Below the pieces are notes generated by a model. That model was not told the origin of the DNA, did no database searches, and saw nothing but the letters and a program-made list of their open reading frames with translations. Position numbers and translations under genes: made by a program. Shown here one piece after another: positions 1-11,070 of a DNA stretch of 64,000 nucleotides; within the stretch, counting starts at the first letter, position 1, and every line of letters starts with the position of its first letter. Source of the stretch: Ostreococcus lucimarinus (Eukaryota); NCBI GenBank assembly GCA_000092065.1, contig CP000599.1; one strand, written 5' to 3'.

Positions 1-835
1 CCGCCGACCACATCCCCGTCCGCTCGCGGTCTTCCCGCATCATCTTCGCCTGTTTCCTCTCCAACGCCGCGCTCTCCCTCGCCGCGCGCTCTAGCTCCGC
101 GTCCAACGCCTCCTTCTCTCGCTCCGGATCGACGCGCGACACGTACGCCATCGTCCGCGTCGCCCTCGATCCGTGCTTCTTATCGATCGCCGCCGTCAAC
201 CTCTTGTGCGTCCGCGAGTCCAACGTCGCGGGATTAAACGTCATCTTTGTCGTCAACCGTCGCTGCGCCTTCATCAACCCTTGTTTCCGCACGTACAAGA
301 ACGAATCCGCGTCCGCCACCGCCCGTTCGTCGCATCGCAGGTACTCGTCGCCGACGACCAAATGCGTCGTTCCATCGTCCCATCGCACGTAATACGCGTT
401 ACTCTCCGCCTCACCCGTGCTTTCATTCATCCTCCATCGCACCGTGTTCTCGTTCGAGGTCCTGATGCGCGTGACGCCGTCGACGTCGACGAATTCCTCG
501 CGTTCGCCGTCGTCTCGATGCGTCGCCGCGTCGAAGGGTTTGGGCTCGGCGCCGAAGATGTTGCTCAATTTCGCAATCTTCGTCTCGTCCTCGATCGTCT
601 CGCGCCCCGCTTCGGCGCTCGGCAGCTCTAATCGCAACGGTTCGCCCTTCGCTCGCGTCGCCGGGTCGTCCTCGTCGTTTTCCGCGTCGTCCGGGAGCTC
701 TAAAGACGATTTAAACGTGGATTCGCGCCCGCGATCGTCGCGGTTTTCGAGCGATTCCGTCGCGACGCGGTCTCCGTCGTCGTCGTCTTCGCTGTCGGAA
801 CCAAAAATGTTCTTCACCAAATCCACGTCCGCCAT
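1..835 (-). CDS. LEO1: LEO1-like Paf1-complex subunit, N-terminal part; the gene continues past the window start
   Basis: Minus-strand ORF with no stop inside the window, so it is missing from the ORF track. ATG is the reverse complement of 833-835. Translation MADVDLVKNIFGSDSEDDDD...SNAYYVRWDDGTTHLVVGDEYL...FLYVRKQGLMKAQRRLTTKMTFNPATLDSRTHKRL matches the Leo1 core signature (SNARIV.WSDGS..LH.G.E...FL.RQG.GLQGQA..K.TF.P.S.DS.THRK). Confidence 0.65.
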   Translation of the reverse strand, partial: MADVDLVKNIFGSDSEDDDDGDRVATESLENRDDRGRESTFKSSLELPDDAENDEDDPATRAKGEPLRLELPSAEAGRETIEDETKIAKLSNIFGAEPKPFDAATHRDDGEREEFVDVDGVTRIRTSNENTVRWRMNESTGEAESNAYYVRWDDGTTHLVVGDEYLRCDERAVADADSFLYVRKQGLMKAQRRLTTKMTFNPATLDSRTHKRLTAAIDKKHGSRATRTMAYVSRVDPEREKEALDAELERAARESAALERKQAKMMREDRERTGMWSA

Positions 836-1005
836 GACGACGAGCGAAACCGCGCGAGCGACGCTCCGAGGCGCGATCTGGGGCGATTCCGGGGACGCCG
901 CGCGGCGACGCGGCGACGCCGCCGCGCGGCGCGCGGCGCGAGCGACGATCTCGCGTCGCAAAACGCGGTTTCGACGTCCGAATAAATGAATAAATTTAAA
1001 TGACG

Positions 1006-1581
1006 CTATTTTACACCGCGCGGCGGCGCTTCGTCTTCGTCGCGATGCCGCGCGCACTCGAACCACGCGTCGCGGCCGTGCGTCACGCTTGACTCGCCCA
1101 AACACCGAAACCCACCGCGACGCTCGTAAAACTCGATCAGCGCGCGCTTGCACAGCAACCTGATCGTCAGCACTTGATCGCGCGCGTCGCCGAAGACGCG
1201 CGCGTCGCGTCGGTCGTCGGCGAAGCCGATCCAGTCGTCGACGTAGCGCCGCAGCGCGGCGCCGCCGAAGCCGCGGCGTCTCGCGCTCGGCGACGCGCAC
1301 ACGCTGTGCACGCACAGCGTCCGCCCGAGCGGGTCGTGATTGGTCATCGTCGCGGCGTCCAGGGCGTCGCGCGCGGTGAGCGTGCCGCAGACGTACGCGA
1401 CGACGGCGCCGTCGAGCGCGGCGACCATGAAGAATTCGCGCGCGTCGGTCGCGCGGGCGCGAAGCGTCGCGGCGGACGCGGCCTCGTCCGCGGGGTAGCT
1501 CGCGGCCTCCATCGCGGCGATGGCGTCGAGATCGGCGTCGTCGACGGCGCGGAACGTCAGGCGGTCGACGTCGGCCGACAT
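1006..1581 (-). CDS. GNAT-family N-acetyltransferase
   Basis: 191-aa ORF with an acetyl-CoA-binding GNAT motif (CVHSVCASPSARRRGFGGAALRRYV) and a GNAT-like N-terminal region. Confidence 0.55.
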   Translation of the reverse strand: MSADVDRLTFRAVDDADLDAIAAMEAASYPADEAASAATLRARATDAREFFMVAALDGAVVAYVCGTLTARDALDAATMTNHDPLGRTLCVHSVCASPSARRRGFGGAALRRYVDDWIGFADDRRDARVFGDARDQVLTIRLLCKRALIEFYERRGGFRCLGESSVTHGRDAWFECARHRDEDEAPPRGVK

Positions 1582-1869
1582 CGCGCGTCGGCGCGTGCGG
1601 CGACTCTTAAGGGTGGGTGTTGTGTCGAGAGGAAAATATCTCGCGCGGCGGCGTCGCGACGGCGCGCGCGGCGACGCGCGCGCGGCGCGGACGGCGTTTT
1701 CGCGTCGCCGCGCGGCCTCGTCCGCGGTTCGGCGTCGTCCGCGTCGCGGAAGGCGCGCTCGGGACGCGCGTCGTCAACATTCGACAAAATTCGACGCGAC
1801 AAACGTCGTTTGGTGTCCCGAGGACGCGCGACGCGCCGACGCGGACGCGAAAGCGCGCCGCGGATCGAC

Positions 1870-2589
1870 ATGCGCGTGTCGACGCGATTTCGAAACTTTG
1901 GCGTCGGCGTGCGCGTGCGCGCGGGACGCGGGCGGGCGTCGGTGCGACGCGCGCGGACGGTGCTGCCGGAGCCGGTTCGCGAGGACGAGGACGAGGACGC
2001 GACGCCGCGAGCGACGAGGACGTCGGCGCGTTCCGAACGCGCGATCGCGTCGATCGAGGACGAGGATTTGGAGCGCGTTGAGTTGGCGTACGAGGTGACG
2101 GTGCCCGCGCGGCGGGTCGACGCGCGGCGCGCGTTTGAAGTCGTGCTGCCGCTGATTTGTCCGCGAGACGCGCGTCAAGCCGAGGAGTGCGTGCGAAGGA
2201 TGTCGTCGATAATCGATTGCGCCGTCGTCGACGACGGCGACGAAGAAACGATCGTGCGACAGACGAGTAAGTGGCGACACTCGGCGCTGATCGCGGGGAA
2301 GTCGGTGACGACGACTAGAATTCGTCGCGACGACGAGACGCTGTCGGTGACGTTCGACGTCGATACGCGCGGATGCGATAATAATTCGTCGACACTGCGG
2401 AAATACGTCGGTTTCACGGACGTGCGCGAGGTATCCGACGACGCGTTGGCGATTCGCATGCACGGCGTGGCGCAAATCGATCGCGCGACGAGCTTCGCGT
2501 CGCGCATGATTCGAGAAGTCATGCTCGGCGCGATGCACAGCCAGATGCGCGCCAGTCTCGTGGATTTGGGACGCGCGCTCAAGGAATGA
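1870..2589 (+). CDS. hypothetical protein; START/SRPBCC-like fold is possible
   Basis: The C-terminal two thirds of ORF 1174..2589. The 5' part of that ORF is antisense to the GNAT gene and is treated as artefact. The first in-frame ATG after the GNAT gene is at 1870. No confident family assignment. Confidence 0.35.
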   Translation: MRVSTRFRNFGVGVRVRAGRGRASVRRARTVLPEPVREDEDEDATPRATRTSARSERAIASIEDEDLERVELAYEVTVPARRVDARRAFEVVLPLICPRDARQAEECVRRMSSIIDCAVVDDGDEETIVRQTSKWRHSALIAGKSVTTTRIRRDDETLSVTFDVDTRGCDNNSSTLRKYVGFTDVREVSDDALAIRMHGVAQIDRATSFASRMIREVMLGAMHSQMRASLVDLGRALKE

Positions 2590-2637
2590 GTGCGCTTTCG
2601 CCCGTCTATTACGTTTACAATGTTGCCGGCTAATCTT

Positions 2638-3765
2638 CTATTTTTGTGACTTTTTCGAGAGGAAGTCGGCGTAGAGCGCGTTCTTCTCCTTCTCCATCGC
2701 CGCGAGCGCGGCGACCGCTCGCGTCTCGCGCGCCTCGGCGAGTTCCAGCTCCGCGCGCGCGTGCTCTGACGCCGCTTTGAACTCAAACTTAGCCTTGGAC
2801 TCTGAAATCAGCGCGCTCTGACTCTTTTGCAAATCATCCAACGCGCGCTCGACGCGAGACTTCAACGCGCGCTCCGCCTTGAAGCCGTCGTCGCGCGCGT
2901 CCTCCGCGCGCCGCTCCAAATCGACGACGCGCTGCGACAGCTCGCCGTTCCGACGCAACTCCTCGCGATGACTCGCGCGCGCCCGCTCCGCCATCGATTT
3001 CATCTGCGCGTTCGCGTCGTACAACGCGCGCACTTTTCCCCGCAGCTCGCCGTTCTCGCGCTCCAACCGCGTCGTCCGCTCCCGCTCCACCTTCAACGCG
3101 TCGTCGAGTCGAGCGTTCGCTCGCGACGTCTCCGCCTCATCATTCGCCTCCTCGGACCTCTTCTCGCGCGTCCTCATTCGCTCGCGTTCCATCGCCAGCT
3201 CCGTCGTCTCCAACGCCTCGATCAACTCCGACACCCGCGCCTCGCATCGCGCCTCGACCGCCTTCTTTTCCTTCGCCCGCGCCGACGCCGTCGCGCGTTC
3301 GAATTCCATTCGCATTCGTCGTTCCTCGCGATATTTCAGCGCCCACGTCTCGCTCTTCGCGCGCCACGCGTCCTCGCCCGCGGCGACGCTCCGCAGCGCC
3401 TCGCACGCGTCCGCCGCGGCGTCCCGCTCGGCGTTCGCGCGCGTCTCCGCTTCGTCGCGCCGTCGCGTCGCGTCGTCCCGCTCGAGCGCGGCGTCGCGTG
3501 ACTCGGACAGCGCCGCATCGCGCTCGTCTTCGGCGCGTCGGAGCGCCTCGCGCAGCGCCGCGACCTCGCGCTCGCGGCGCGCGAGCGAGAGGGACAAGGT
3601 GTTGGCGTCGTTTTCGCGCGCGCTCGCGTCGACGAACGCGCGGAGGGGGGCGTCGAGGTCGACGACCGGTTTCTGGGCGCGCGTGGGCGCGACGTCGCGG
3701 TCGACGGCGTCGAGGACGTCGAGGAGACCTCGCGCGCGAAGGGCGAGGTCGCGCGCGCGAGACAT
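2638..3765 (-). CDS. coiled-coil protein (Glu/Arg/Ala-rich)
   Basis: 375-aa ORF with heptad-like E/R/A/L periodicity throughout and no recognisable enzymatic motif. Convergent with the upstream gene. Confidence 0.45.
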   Translation of the reverse strand: MSRARDLALRARGLLDVLDAVDRDVAPTRAQKPVVDLDAPLRAFVDASARENDANTLSLSLARREREVAALREALRRAEDERDAALSESRDAALERDDATRRRDEAETRANAERDAAADACEALRSVAAGEDAWRAKSETWALKYREERRMRMEFERATASARAKEKKAVEARCEARVSELIEALETTELAMERERMRTREKRSEEANDEAETSRANARLDDALKVERERTTRLERENGELRGKVRALYDANAQMKSMAERARASHREELRRNGELSQRVVDLERRAEDARDDGFKAERALKSRVERALDDLQKSQSALISESKAKFEFKAASEHARAELELAEARETRAVAALAAMEKEKNALYADFLSKKSQK

Positions 3766-3890
3766 GGCGACCGCGCGCGAGGCGCGATGTGACGTCGACG
3801 AATCGATGGATTGATACGATGTTGATGTGAAAAAGAGCTATGCCGTCGAGGCGGCGGATTGATTTTAATGTACTCGAGGGCGGCGTCGGA

Positions 3891-6800
3891 CTAGTACGGG
3901 ACGCATCCCGGCGACGCGCAGTAGCCCCAGCTGAGGACGTCCATGGTTTGGTGCACCTCGGCGGCTTGGTAGCCAACCTTTGCGAAGCCCTTGCTGCCCG
4001 TGGACGCGGTGAGACCGATGTAGGCGTTGCCGTCCGTGTCCAAAATCTTCGCCATGTCTCTGTCTTCCACGGCGACTTGGAAGACGTAGCGGTCCATGTC
4101 GTCGATGAAGACTTGAATCTCCCCGGGGAACTCCTTGATGATGTTGTAATTGATGTTCGAATCTTGCTTGGGATCGAACGCCGGTTGTTGAATGTCGAAG
4201 AAGCTTTGTCTGTCGGGAGACGTCGCCGTGCCCGTGTTTTCGAGTTGCGCTTCGGTGTCAGAGGTGATGCTGATGACGCGCGTCGCTTCGCCGTCGTCGG
4301 CGAAACCCGCCGTGCCGCTGACGACGGCTTGTCGCGAGCTGTCGAGAGTTTTGTCCCGGTTAATCTTCACCTTGACGTTCGCCTTGACGCGGCCGCCATA
4401 ACCGAATTCAAAACCGGTTCGCAGCTCGGTTTTGAACTTGGTGCTCGAGCCAACCAATTTACGTCTGTCGGTCGAGCCGTCGGTGTGCGTCGTCGTGATT
4501 TGCCCAGTGCCCGCCTTCTCCGTGGTGAACCCGCGAGTGTATCTAATCTTCACCGTGTGCGCTAAACCATCCGCCATCGTCGGCACGCTCGGCGTGCTTC
4601 CGAAGTGCATGCCTTCGCTGTCATCGCTGTGATCGGCTTTCAAGTCGGTCACCGAGCTCCCCCACGGTTGGTTGTCGTAAAACGGCGCCGTCGTCATGAA
4701 GACGCCCAGGTGATTGTCGTTATAGGACACGTACTCGGTGGCGTTAATCCACCAGTGTTGCTTTCCTTGCTTCGGATCACGACGCTCGACGTTGTAGAAG
4801 GTGTCGAATTCCACCGCGAGCGACTTCTTCAAGCCGTTGGTGCACATGTCGGGCGTGCCGTCGTAATCCGCCGAGTCCACTTGCGTGGATTCTCCGTATC
4901 CCAAACCGTCGCCCGGGCACCCGACGAAACCGCCACCGTCGGTCAAGGACCCGCTCGCACCGCACAACTTGTACCTTGTGCCGGAAATCGGTTGCGGATT
5001 GGACGCGTCGTCGAACGTGCACGCCCAGCCTGTGTTGCCGTGCACGCTGTCCACCGTTTCTTGACGATCGTCGTTAGAGATGACGAACGCAAAGCCGTCG
5101 GCGCCGTCGCAAATTTGATCCGCGCCGCCGCATTGCGTGGGGTTGGTGATTTGGAACTCAAAGTTGGTCTCGAAACCATCCCAGATGTGTACTTTGCGGT
5201 GCCACCACACGGCGCCGACGCGCTGCGAGGTGCGGAAATCGGCGCTCGACTTCCACGGAGATCCGAGGGCGGAGTTACCGTTCGTTCTCGCGAACGCTTC
5301 GGTCAGTCGCACGACGTACTTGGGCGACGCATCGTTATTTTTCACCACCGACGCATCGCCCGCAAAACGCAGGTTGTGCTGAATGCAGTTGTTGATCCAC
5401 GTCTTGTTCCCACCCCACGCCGAGCCCTCACGCGTTCCGGTAGGGTTGGAGTCGTCGACGAAGGAATCGTCGCACGCGAAGTTTGGAAAGTCAAACTCCA
5501 TGTAAAATCTCGCGCTGTATTCGCTCGCACCGACGGTTTGCGGGTAGCGGTTATCGCCCATGATACCGATCGTGAGTTGATCGCAATTCGGCGACGCGTC
5601 GTTGTGGATGTAGTGTCCGAGCGCTCGCGCGTACGCAAACGCTGACTTCGAGCTGTCGGTGGTGTACCCGCCGAGAACGGCTTGCTTCAATTCCCCGCTG
5701 CTCGCTTCACCCTCGTCCGGGCCGGCGCAGAGCACCAAGGATTCGCCGACTGAAAGCGCCCAGGGCACGGATTCGCGCACCGACGTGTGACCGTAAGACC
5801 CAGTCGTGGGTCGCGTCGTACCGACGGTGGTGTACAAATCGAGGTTGTCGTTCACGGTGTGCACGGCGATGCGGAAGTCGTAGTCGCCCATGTCCGGCTT
5901 CAAATAGTAGTACGCGTACTGTTGAGGATCGACGACGGAGGAGACACGGAAACCGCAGCACCCCGGATCGATTTCGCAATACTTGTGCGACCAAGTTTGG
6001 TAAAAGGTTTGCAGAGGGTGGCGCAAGTACGCCCCGGCGTTGTCGTCCGCGACGATGGTAGTAGTGTCGTCGTGGACCCCCGAGCCCCCGCCCCCGCCAT
6101 CGCCGAATCGCCCGCCCGCACACTTGAGCACCTTGACGTCAGTGCCGGAGTAAGCGTTGGCAAAAGTGTCGATCGAAACCACCGTCGCAGTGGTATCATC
6201 AGTGATGGCGGTCACGCGAGCGTCGACCGGCCCGTTGGCGTTGGCGTCGCGCACGATGTCTCCGAGTTGAAGCTCGGTCAAAAACTTGCTGCCGACCCCA
6301 GCGAGTGTGCCGGCGGAGTGGGTGAGGGTAAAGCCACCCGTTTGCGTGAGCGCCTTTGCGGGCCGATGGGAGTCACCCACGTTCGCCGGAACGCACTTGC
6401 CGTGGTTGTAGCAAATCGGCGGGTTCGCGTTGTCGTCCGTCATGTACCGCTCGCCTTCGGTGGAGATGTAATACCGACAGTTTTCAATGTCGGCGACGTG
6501 GAGTCGCCACTCGGAACCGACGTCGACGGTCTTATCATCCCACTTGACGTAGACGCCGATACCGGAACTCACGCCTGAATCTTGCAGTTCAACCCACGCG
6601 GTGTGGTAGGCGCCCGCGGCGCCGCCAGAGTTGGCGAAGTTTTTCCAGTACGTGGTGTACGAGTAGGTGTGGGGGGAAGCCGTGTTCGCGCCCGACGTGT
6701 GCACGAGTTGCACCGTCACGCCTCGAGGCCAGAGCGGAAGAAGTCGCGTCAAACCGCGGACGTGCAGCGTCGTGATCGTTGCCGTGCCGCTCCCATTCTC

Positions 6801-8228
6801 CTTCTTGACGAACTCGCGGTTCCCGAGCGTGAAGGGACGATCGATGGTGAGCTCGACGTCGGACTGAATCGAGTTGACCATTCTCGTCTGCCCGCACGCG
6901 GTGATGGTGTATCCCGTGCGCAACTGCGTCAAAAAACGCGTGTCGCCGTACGTGCCTTGGGAAGAGAGCGAACCGGGCGCGCTTGGTGCGGTACCGTCGA
7001 TGTCTTCGAAGAGTTCCTTGTTGTCCCAAGAGTTGGAGACGACGCGCTTGCCGTACGAACGAACGGTGCCGTAGCCCTTGGTGAGCATGGGGAACCATTC
7101 CCAGTGCGTCGCCTTGAGAAGAGGCTCGGAGAACGAGTTGTGTAACACCATGATGTACTCGGCGAACGTCGTCGTCGTGCCGATTTCTTTCACTCGAACC
7201 GTTTCCCAGTCGCCGTTGATTTGAACGCTCATCCAAGGCCCGGATGTGTGATACTTGGCGGCCCACGTGCTCGAGGCGCCCATCTGCGACTCGAAACGCG
7301 TACCGCGACCGTGAATGCGATGAGAACTCATCGTCGCACTTCCACTGGCGTCCGACAAGTGACCCGCGTCCTCGTACGGCGTTTCCGACGCGAGTTTGGT
7401 GTTTTCGGCGATGACGGCGGTACCGTGCACCGCGTTCAAGGTGTCTTGACTGTGGTACGTTTCAATCGTCCCCAGACCGACGTTTCGCTTACCGATGCGC
7501 GGCGGGCACGAGACGTAGCCCCAAGAACCCAAACCGGTGAGGAATCCGGTGATATTGTAATCGACGGTGAGCGACGTTTCGCTGGCGATGGCTGTGATGA
7601 CGCGGTAATCGACGACGTCGTTCGCCTTGTATACGACGATCCAGTAGCCAACCTTCAGCTCTTGCAAAAACTCCGTGTTGGTACCATCGATTGTCAACGC
7701 TTCTGTCGTCGCACTGTTCGGTCGCGCCGTCGTCGTGGAGCTCGCGGCGAGCGTGCCCGTGCCCGTTCGCGCGGCGACGCCGAACGCCACCTCCGAGCCC
7801 GCCGACACCGCCGCCGGCGACGGCGACGGCGCCAGCGTCATCGACGTATCGCTGTGCACCGCCAACACCTCATGCACAGCCGTGTTCGCGATGTCGTAAA
7901 ACTTCGCCCCCGATTTCGTCCCGCCGTGAAACTGCTGCGTGAATCGCGTGTTCACCCCCGTCACCGCCGCGCCCGAGGTCGAGTACCGCCCCTCCCCTCC
8001 CACGAGCGTCGGCACCCCGCTCACGAGCCCGCTCACGTGATCGCCCGCGTTCACGTCTCCGTACCCTCCCTGCGAGTGCGGATCGTGTCCGCACCATCCG
8101 CACGACGTGTCCGCGACGCACGCGCCGCAATTCGTGTAGTACTCGCACCCCGCGATCGCGCCCCGCGTCGCCGCCGCGATCGCCGCGATCGCCAGCGCGC
8201 CCGCGAGCGCTCGCGACGCGCGAACCAT
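3891..8228 (-). CDS. large secreted PSI-domain plus concanavalin A-like / L-type lectin multi-domain protein (1445 aa)
   Basis: N-terminal signal peptide (MVRASRALAGALAIAAIAAATRGAIAG) followed by a PSI-like Cys knot (CEYYTNCGACVADTSCGWCGHDP). Legume-lectin-like motifs occur twice: ADGFAFVISNDD, and C-terminally IGLTASTGSKGFAKVGYQAAEVHQTMDVLSWGY. One uninterrupted ORF. Confidence 0.7.
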   Translation of the reverse strand: MVRASRALAGALAIAAIAAATRGAIAGCEYYTNCGACVADTSCGWCGHDPHSQGGYGDVNAGDHVSGLVSGVPTLVGGEGRYSTSGAAVTGVNTRFTQQFHGGTKSGAKFYDIANTAVHEVLAVHSDTSMTLAPSPSPAAVSAGSEVAFGVAARTGTGTLAASSTTTARPNSATTEALTIDGTNTEFLQELKVGYWIVVYKANDVVDYRVITAIASETSLTVDYNITGFLTGLGSWGYVSCPPRIGKRNVGLGTIETYHSQDTLNAVHGTAVIAENTKLASETPYEDAGHLSDASGSATMSSHRIHGRGTRFESQMGASSTWAAKYHTSGPWMSVQINGDWETVRVKEIGTTTTFAEYIMVLHNSFSEPLLKATHWEWFPMLTKGYGTVRSYGKRVVSNSWDNKELFEDIDGTAPSAPGSLSSQGTYGDTRFLTQLRTGYTITACGQTRMVNSIQSDVELTIDRPFTLGNREFVKKENGSGTATITTLHVRGLTRLLPLWPRGVTVQLVHTSGANTASPHTYSYTTYWKNFANSGGAAGAYHTAWVELQDSGVSSGIGVYVKWDDKTVDVGSEWRLHVADIENCRYYISTEGERYMTDDNANPPICYNHGKCVPANVGDSHRPAKALTQTGGFTLTHSAGTLAGVGSKFLTELQLGDIVRDANANGPVDARVTAITDDTTATVVSIDTFANAYSGTDVKVLKCAGGRFGDGGGGGSGVHDDTTTIVADDNAGAYLRHPLQTFYQTWSHKYCEIDPGCCGFRVSSVVDPQQYAYYYLKPDMGDYDFRIAVHTVNDNLDLYTTVGTTRPTTGSYGHTSVRESVPWALSVGESLVLCAGPDEGEASSGELKQAVLGGYTTDSSKSAFAYARALGHYIHNDASPNCDQLTIGIMGDNRYPQTVGASEYSARFYMEFDFPNFACDDSFVDDSNPTGTREGSAWGGNKTWINNCIQHNLRFAGDASVVKNNDASPKYVVRLTEAFARTNGNSALGSPWKSSADFRTSQRVGAVWWHRKVHIWDGFETNFEFQITNPTQCGGADQICDGADGFAFVISNDDRQETVDSVHGNTGWACTFDDASNPQPISGTRYKLCGASGSLTDGGGFVGCPGDGLGYGESTQVDSADYDGTPDMCTNGLKKSLAVEFDTFYNVERRDPKQGKQHWWINATEYVSYNDNHLGVFMTTAPFYDNQPWGSSVTDLKADHSDDSEGMHFGSTPSVPTMADGLAHTVKIRYTRGFTTEKAGTGQITTTHTDGSTDRRKLVGSSTKFKTELRTGFEFGYGGRVKANVKVKINRDKTLDSSRQAVVSGTAGFADDGEATRVISITSDTEAQLENTGTATSPDRQSFFDIQQPAFDPKQDSNINYNIIKEFPGEIQVFIDDMDRYVFQVAVEDRDMAKILDTDGNAYIGLTASTGSKGFAKVGYQAAEVHQTMDVLSWGYCASPGCVPY

Positions 8229-8671
8229 CTTTAATCGACGTCCGCGCGCGCGTTCGATCGCCGCCCGCGCGCGCGCCGACGCCGCGAGCGCGGTCGAGAG
8301 ATTTGAAATTCAAAACGATGCGATGATCGGAATTCGGCGCCGAAGGATCGCGTGTCTTCGTCGTTTCTTCGCGTCGTTCGCGCGCGCGAGCGGCGTCGGG
8401 CGTCGAGTGAGGGCGCGCGCGTCGGTCGCGCTCGGTCGCGGGTCGCGAGAGGGCGGCGCGCGCGCGCGTGTGCGGCGAACGCGTCGACGGGCCGCGGGCG
8501 CGGTTCGAACGGCGCGAAAACGTGTTGGTGATTTTGGGTGTGATTGTATGGTGCTTGAGTACGCATTGTAGTGGTGTTTGAAGCTATGAGAGTGGTTGTT
8601 GTGTTACAAAGACGCGCGTCCGGAGCCGCGGCGACGCGAATCGCGGACGGCGGGTCGAGACGACGCGCGCG

Positions 8672-9739
<1,068 letters not shown>

Positions 9740-9810
9740 TCACGAGGCGTGATTTATCGATATTTGCGCGCGCGCGATGGACGCGCGCGAGGCGAAGGCG
9801 CTCGCGGCGC

Positions 9811-10743
9811 TCACGCGGAGGGCGCCAACGCGAGGACGCCGCACGCCAAGCGCTGCGCTCGCGTAAACCGAAGCGATCGATCGTCCGTCAGTCGAAAGCC
9901 GCGTGCGCGAAAAACGAAACCCTAAACGCGCGTCGAAATCGCGTCGCGTCGAGTCGCGATCGTGGAAATCGCGTCGAAATCGCGTCGTCGACGCACCGCT
10001 CCGGCGTTGCCCGTCGTCTTCGACGTCTTGCCCTGGGTGCCGATCTCAGAGCTATCGCCCTTGCCGAGATCGTCCTCGAGCTCGTGAATCACGAACGCGC
10101 GTCCGATGATCGAGTTCGCCCCGCTCAGCGGAATCTGCGAGTCCTCGATGACGAAGTCGCACCCGCCCGCGGTGGCCTCGACGTTGCCGAGGTCGCCCGC
10201 GTGTCGCGTCGCGTCCGTCGGCGCGCCGTGATCCATCTTGTTCGGGTTAAAGTGCGGTCCCGTGGACATGCACCCGTTCGTCGTATCGCCGAACTCGTGA
10301 ATGTGCAGGCCGTGCTTGCCCGGCGCGAGTCCGGTGATGGAGCCGACGACCTTCGTCGGCGCGTCGCCGCTCTGGCTCAGCTTGAGCACGCCCGACACCC
10401 CCGCGGTGCCCGTGAGCACGCACACCGCCTGCTTTTGCTCCGCCGTCACCGCGACCGCGCGAGGGCGATGCGCGGACGTCTTCGTCGACCTGCGATCGCG
10501 CGCGCCGGCGTTCGCGCGCGCGTCAGTCGTCGCGTTCGTCGCGGGTTTAGGTTCGTCGCGTCGTCGCGCGTCGTCGCGCAGCGCGTCGCTCGAGCGCACC
10601 GCGCGCACGCGCACTTGGCGCCGCAGAGGTGGGTCTTGGAGGCGAGCGTCGCCGATCGGGAGAGCGTCTGCATGGCGCGGCGTCGGGCGTCGTGTGTCGG
10701 CGATGACGTGGCGAGGGCGCGAACGCGCCCTCGTCGCCATCAT
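9811..10743 (-). CDS. SOD1: Cu/Zn superoxide dismutase with N-terminal organellar presequence; two exons (10743..9997 and 9852..9811), intron 9996..9853
   Basis: SOD1 core ([17 protein letters not shown]...[23 protein letters not shown]...GDLGNV...[11 protein letters not shown]...GNAGA). The ORF-track C-terminus after GNAG is intron read-through. The minus-strand donor gtgcgt follows GNAGA, and 144 nt later ...gcgcag precedes cgc ttg gcg tgc ggc gtc ctc ... tga, which encodes [13 protein letters not shown], the conserved SOD1 C-terminus with the disulfide Cys. ATG (MMATRAR) is the reverse complement of 10741-10743. The roughly 100-aa R/A/S/T-rich leader looks like a transit peptide. Confidence 0.8.
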
Positions 10744-11070
10744 TCGAGGGCCTTTATATACGTATATTTCGTAGAAATATACTTTATATTCGGAAACATG
10801 TCGTATGGGTATTGTGTCTGTGGTTATAATTGGTAGTATCCGAATATTCGGACACACGGCGTATGCGTATTGTGTATATACACATAATTGGTAAAAGTCC
10901 GAGCGCGCCGACCGTCGGCCGCGCGCCGCACGTCGCGACGCGCGATCGCGCGACGCCCGATCGCGTCCCGCGCGACGCCCGCGGACCTTCTCGACGCCTC
11001 GACCCGATCTTAACCGCCCGCGACCCGCGCGCGCGACACCCGAGGCGTCACGTCGACGACGACGCGCGTC
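10744..11070. promoter_or_regulatory. bidirectional promoter shared by the divergent SOD1 and CCS genes; AT-rich island with a duplicated ~58-bp element and a CCGAATATTCGG palindrome
   Basis: Lies between the SOD1 ATG (minus) and the CCS ATG (plus). The 10785-10896 stretch is AT-rich against a ~67% GC background and holds two imperfect copies of CG[TG]ATG.GTATTGTGT...TAATTGGTA. A perfect 12-bp palindrome sits at 10835-10846. Confidence 0.55.

Noticed and set aside
1174-1869. 5' 230 codons of the 471-aa ORF 1174..2589, and many similar long Arg/Ala-rich ORFs (e.g. 14100..15554, 14948..16501, 4605..5645, 34243..34833, 40103..40600, 9922..10743-upstream part, 12126..13229)
   Set aside because: These are extreme Arg/Ala/Gly composition with no motifs. 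They lie antisense to well-supported genes or overlap them; this is the expected six-frame artefact of ~67% GC DNA.
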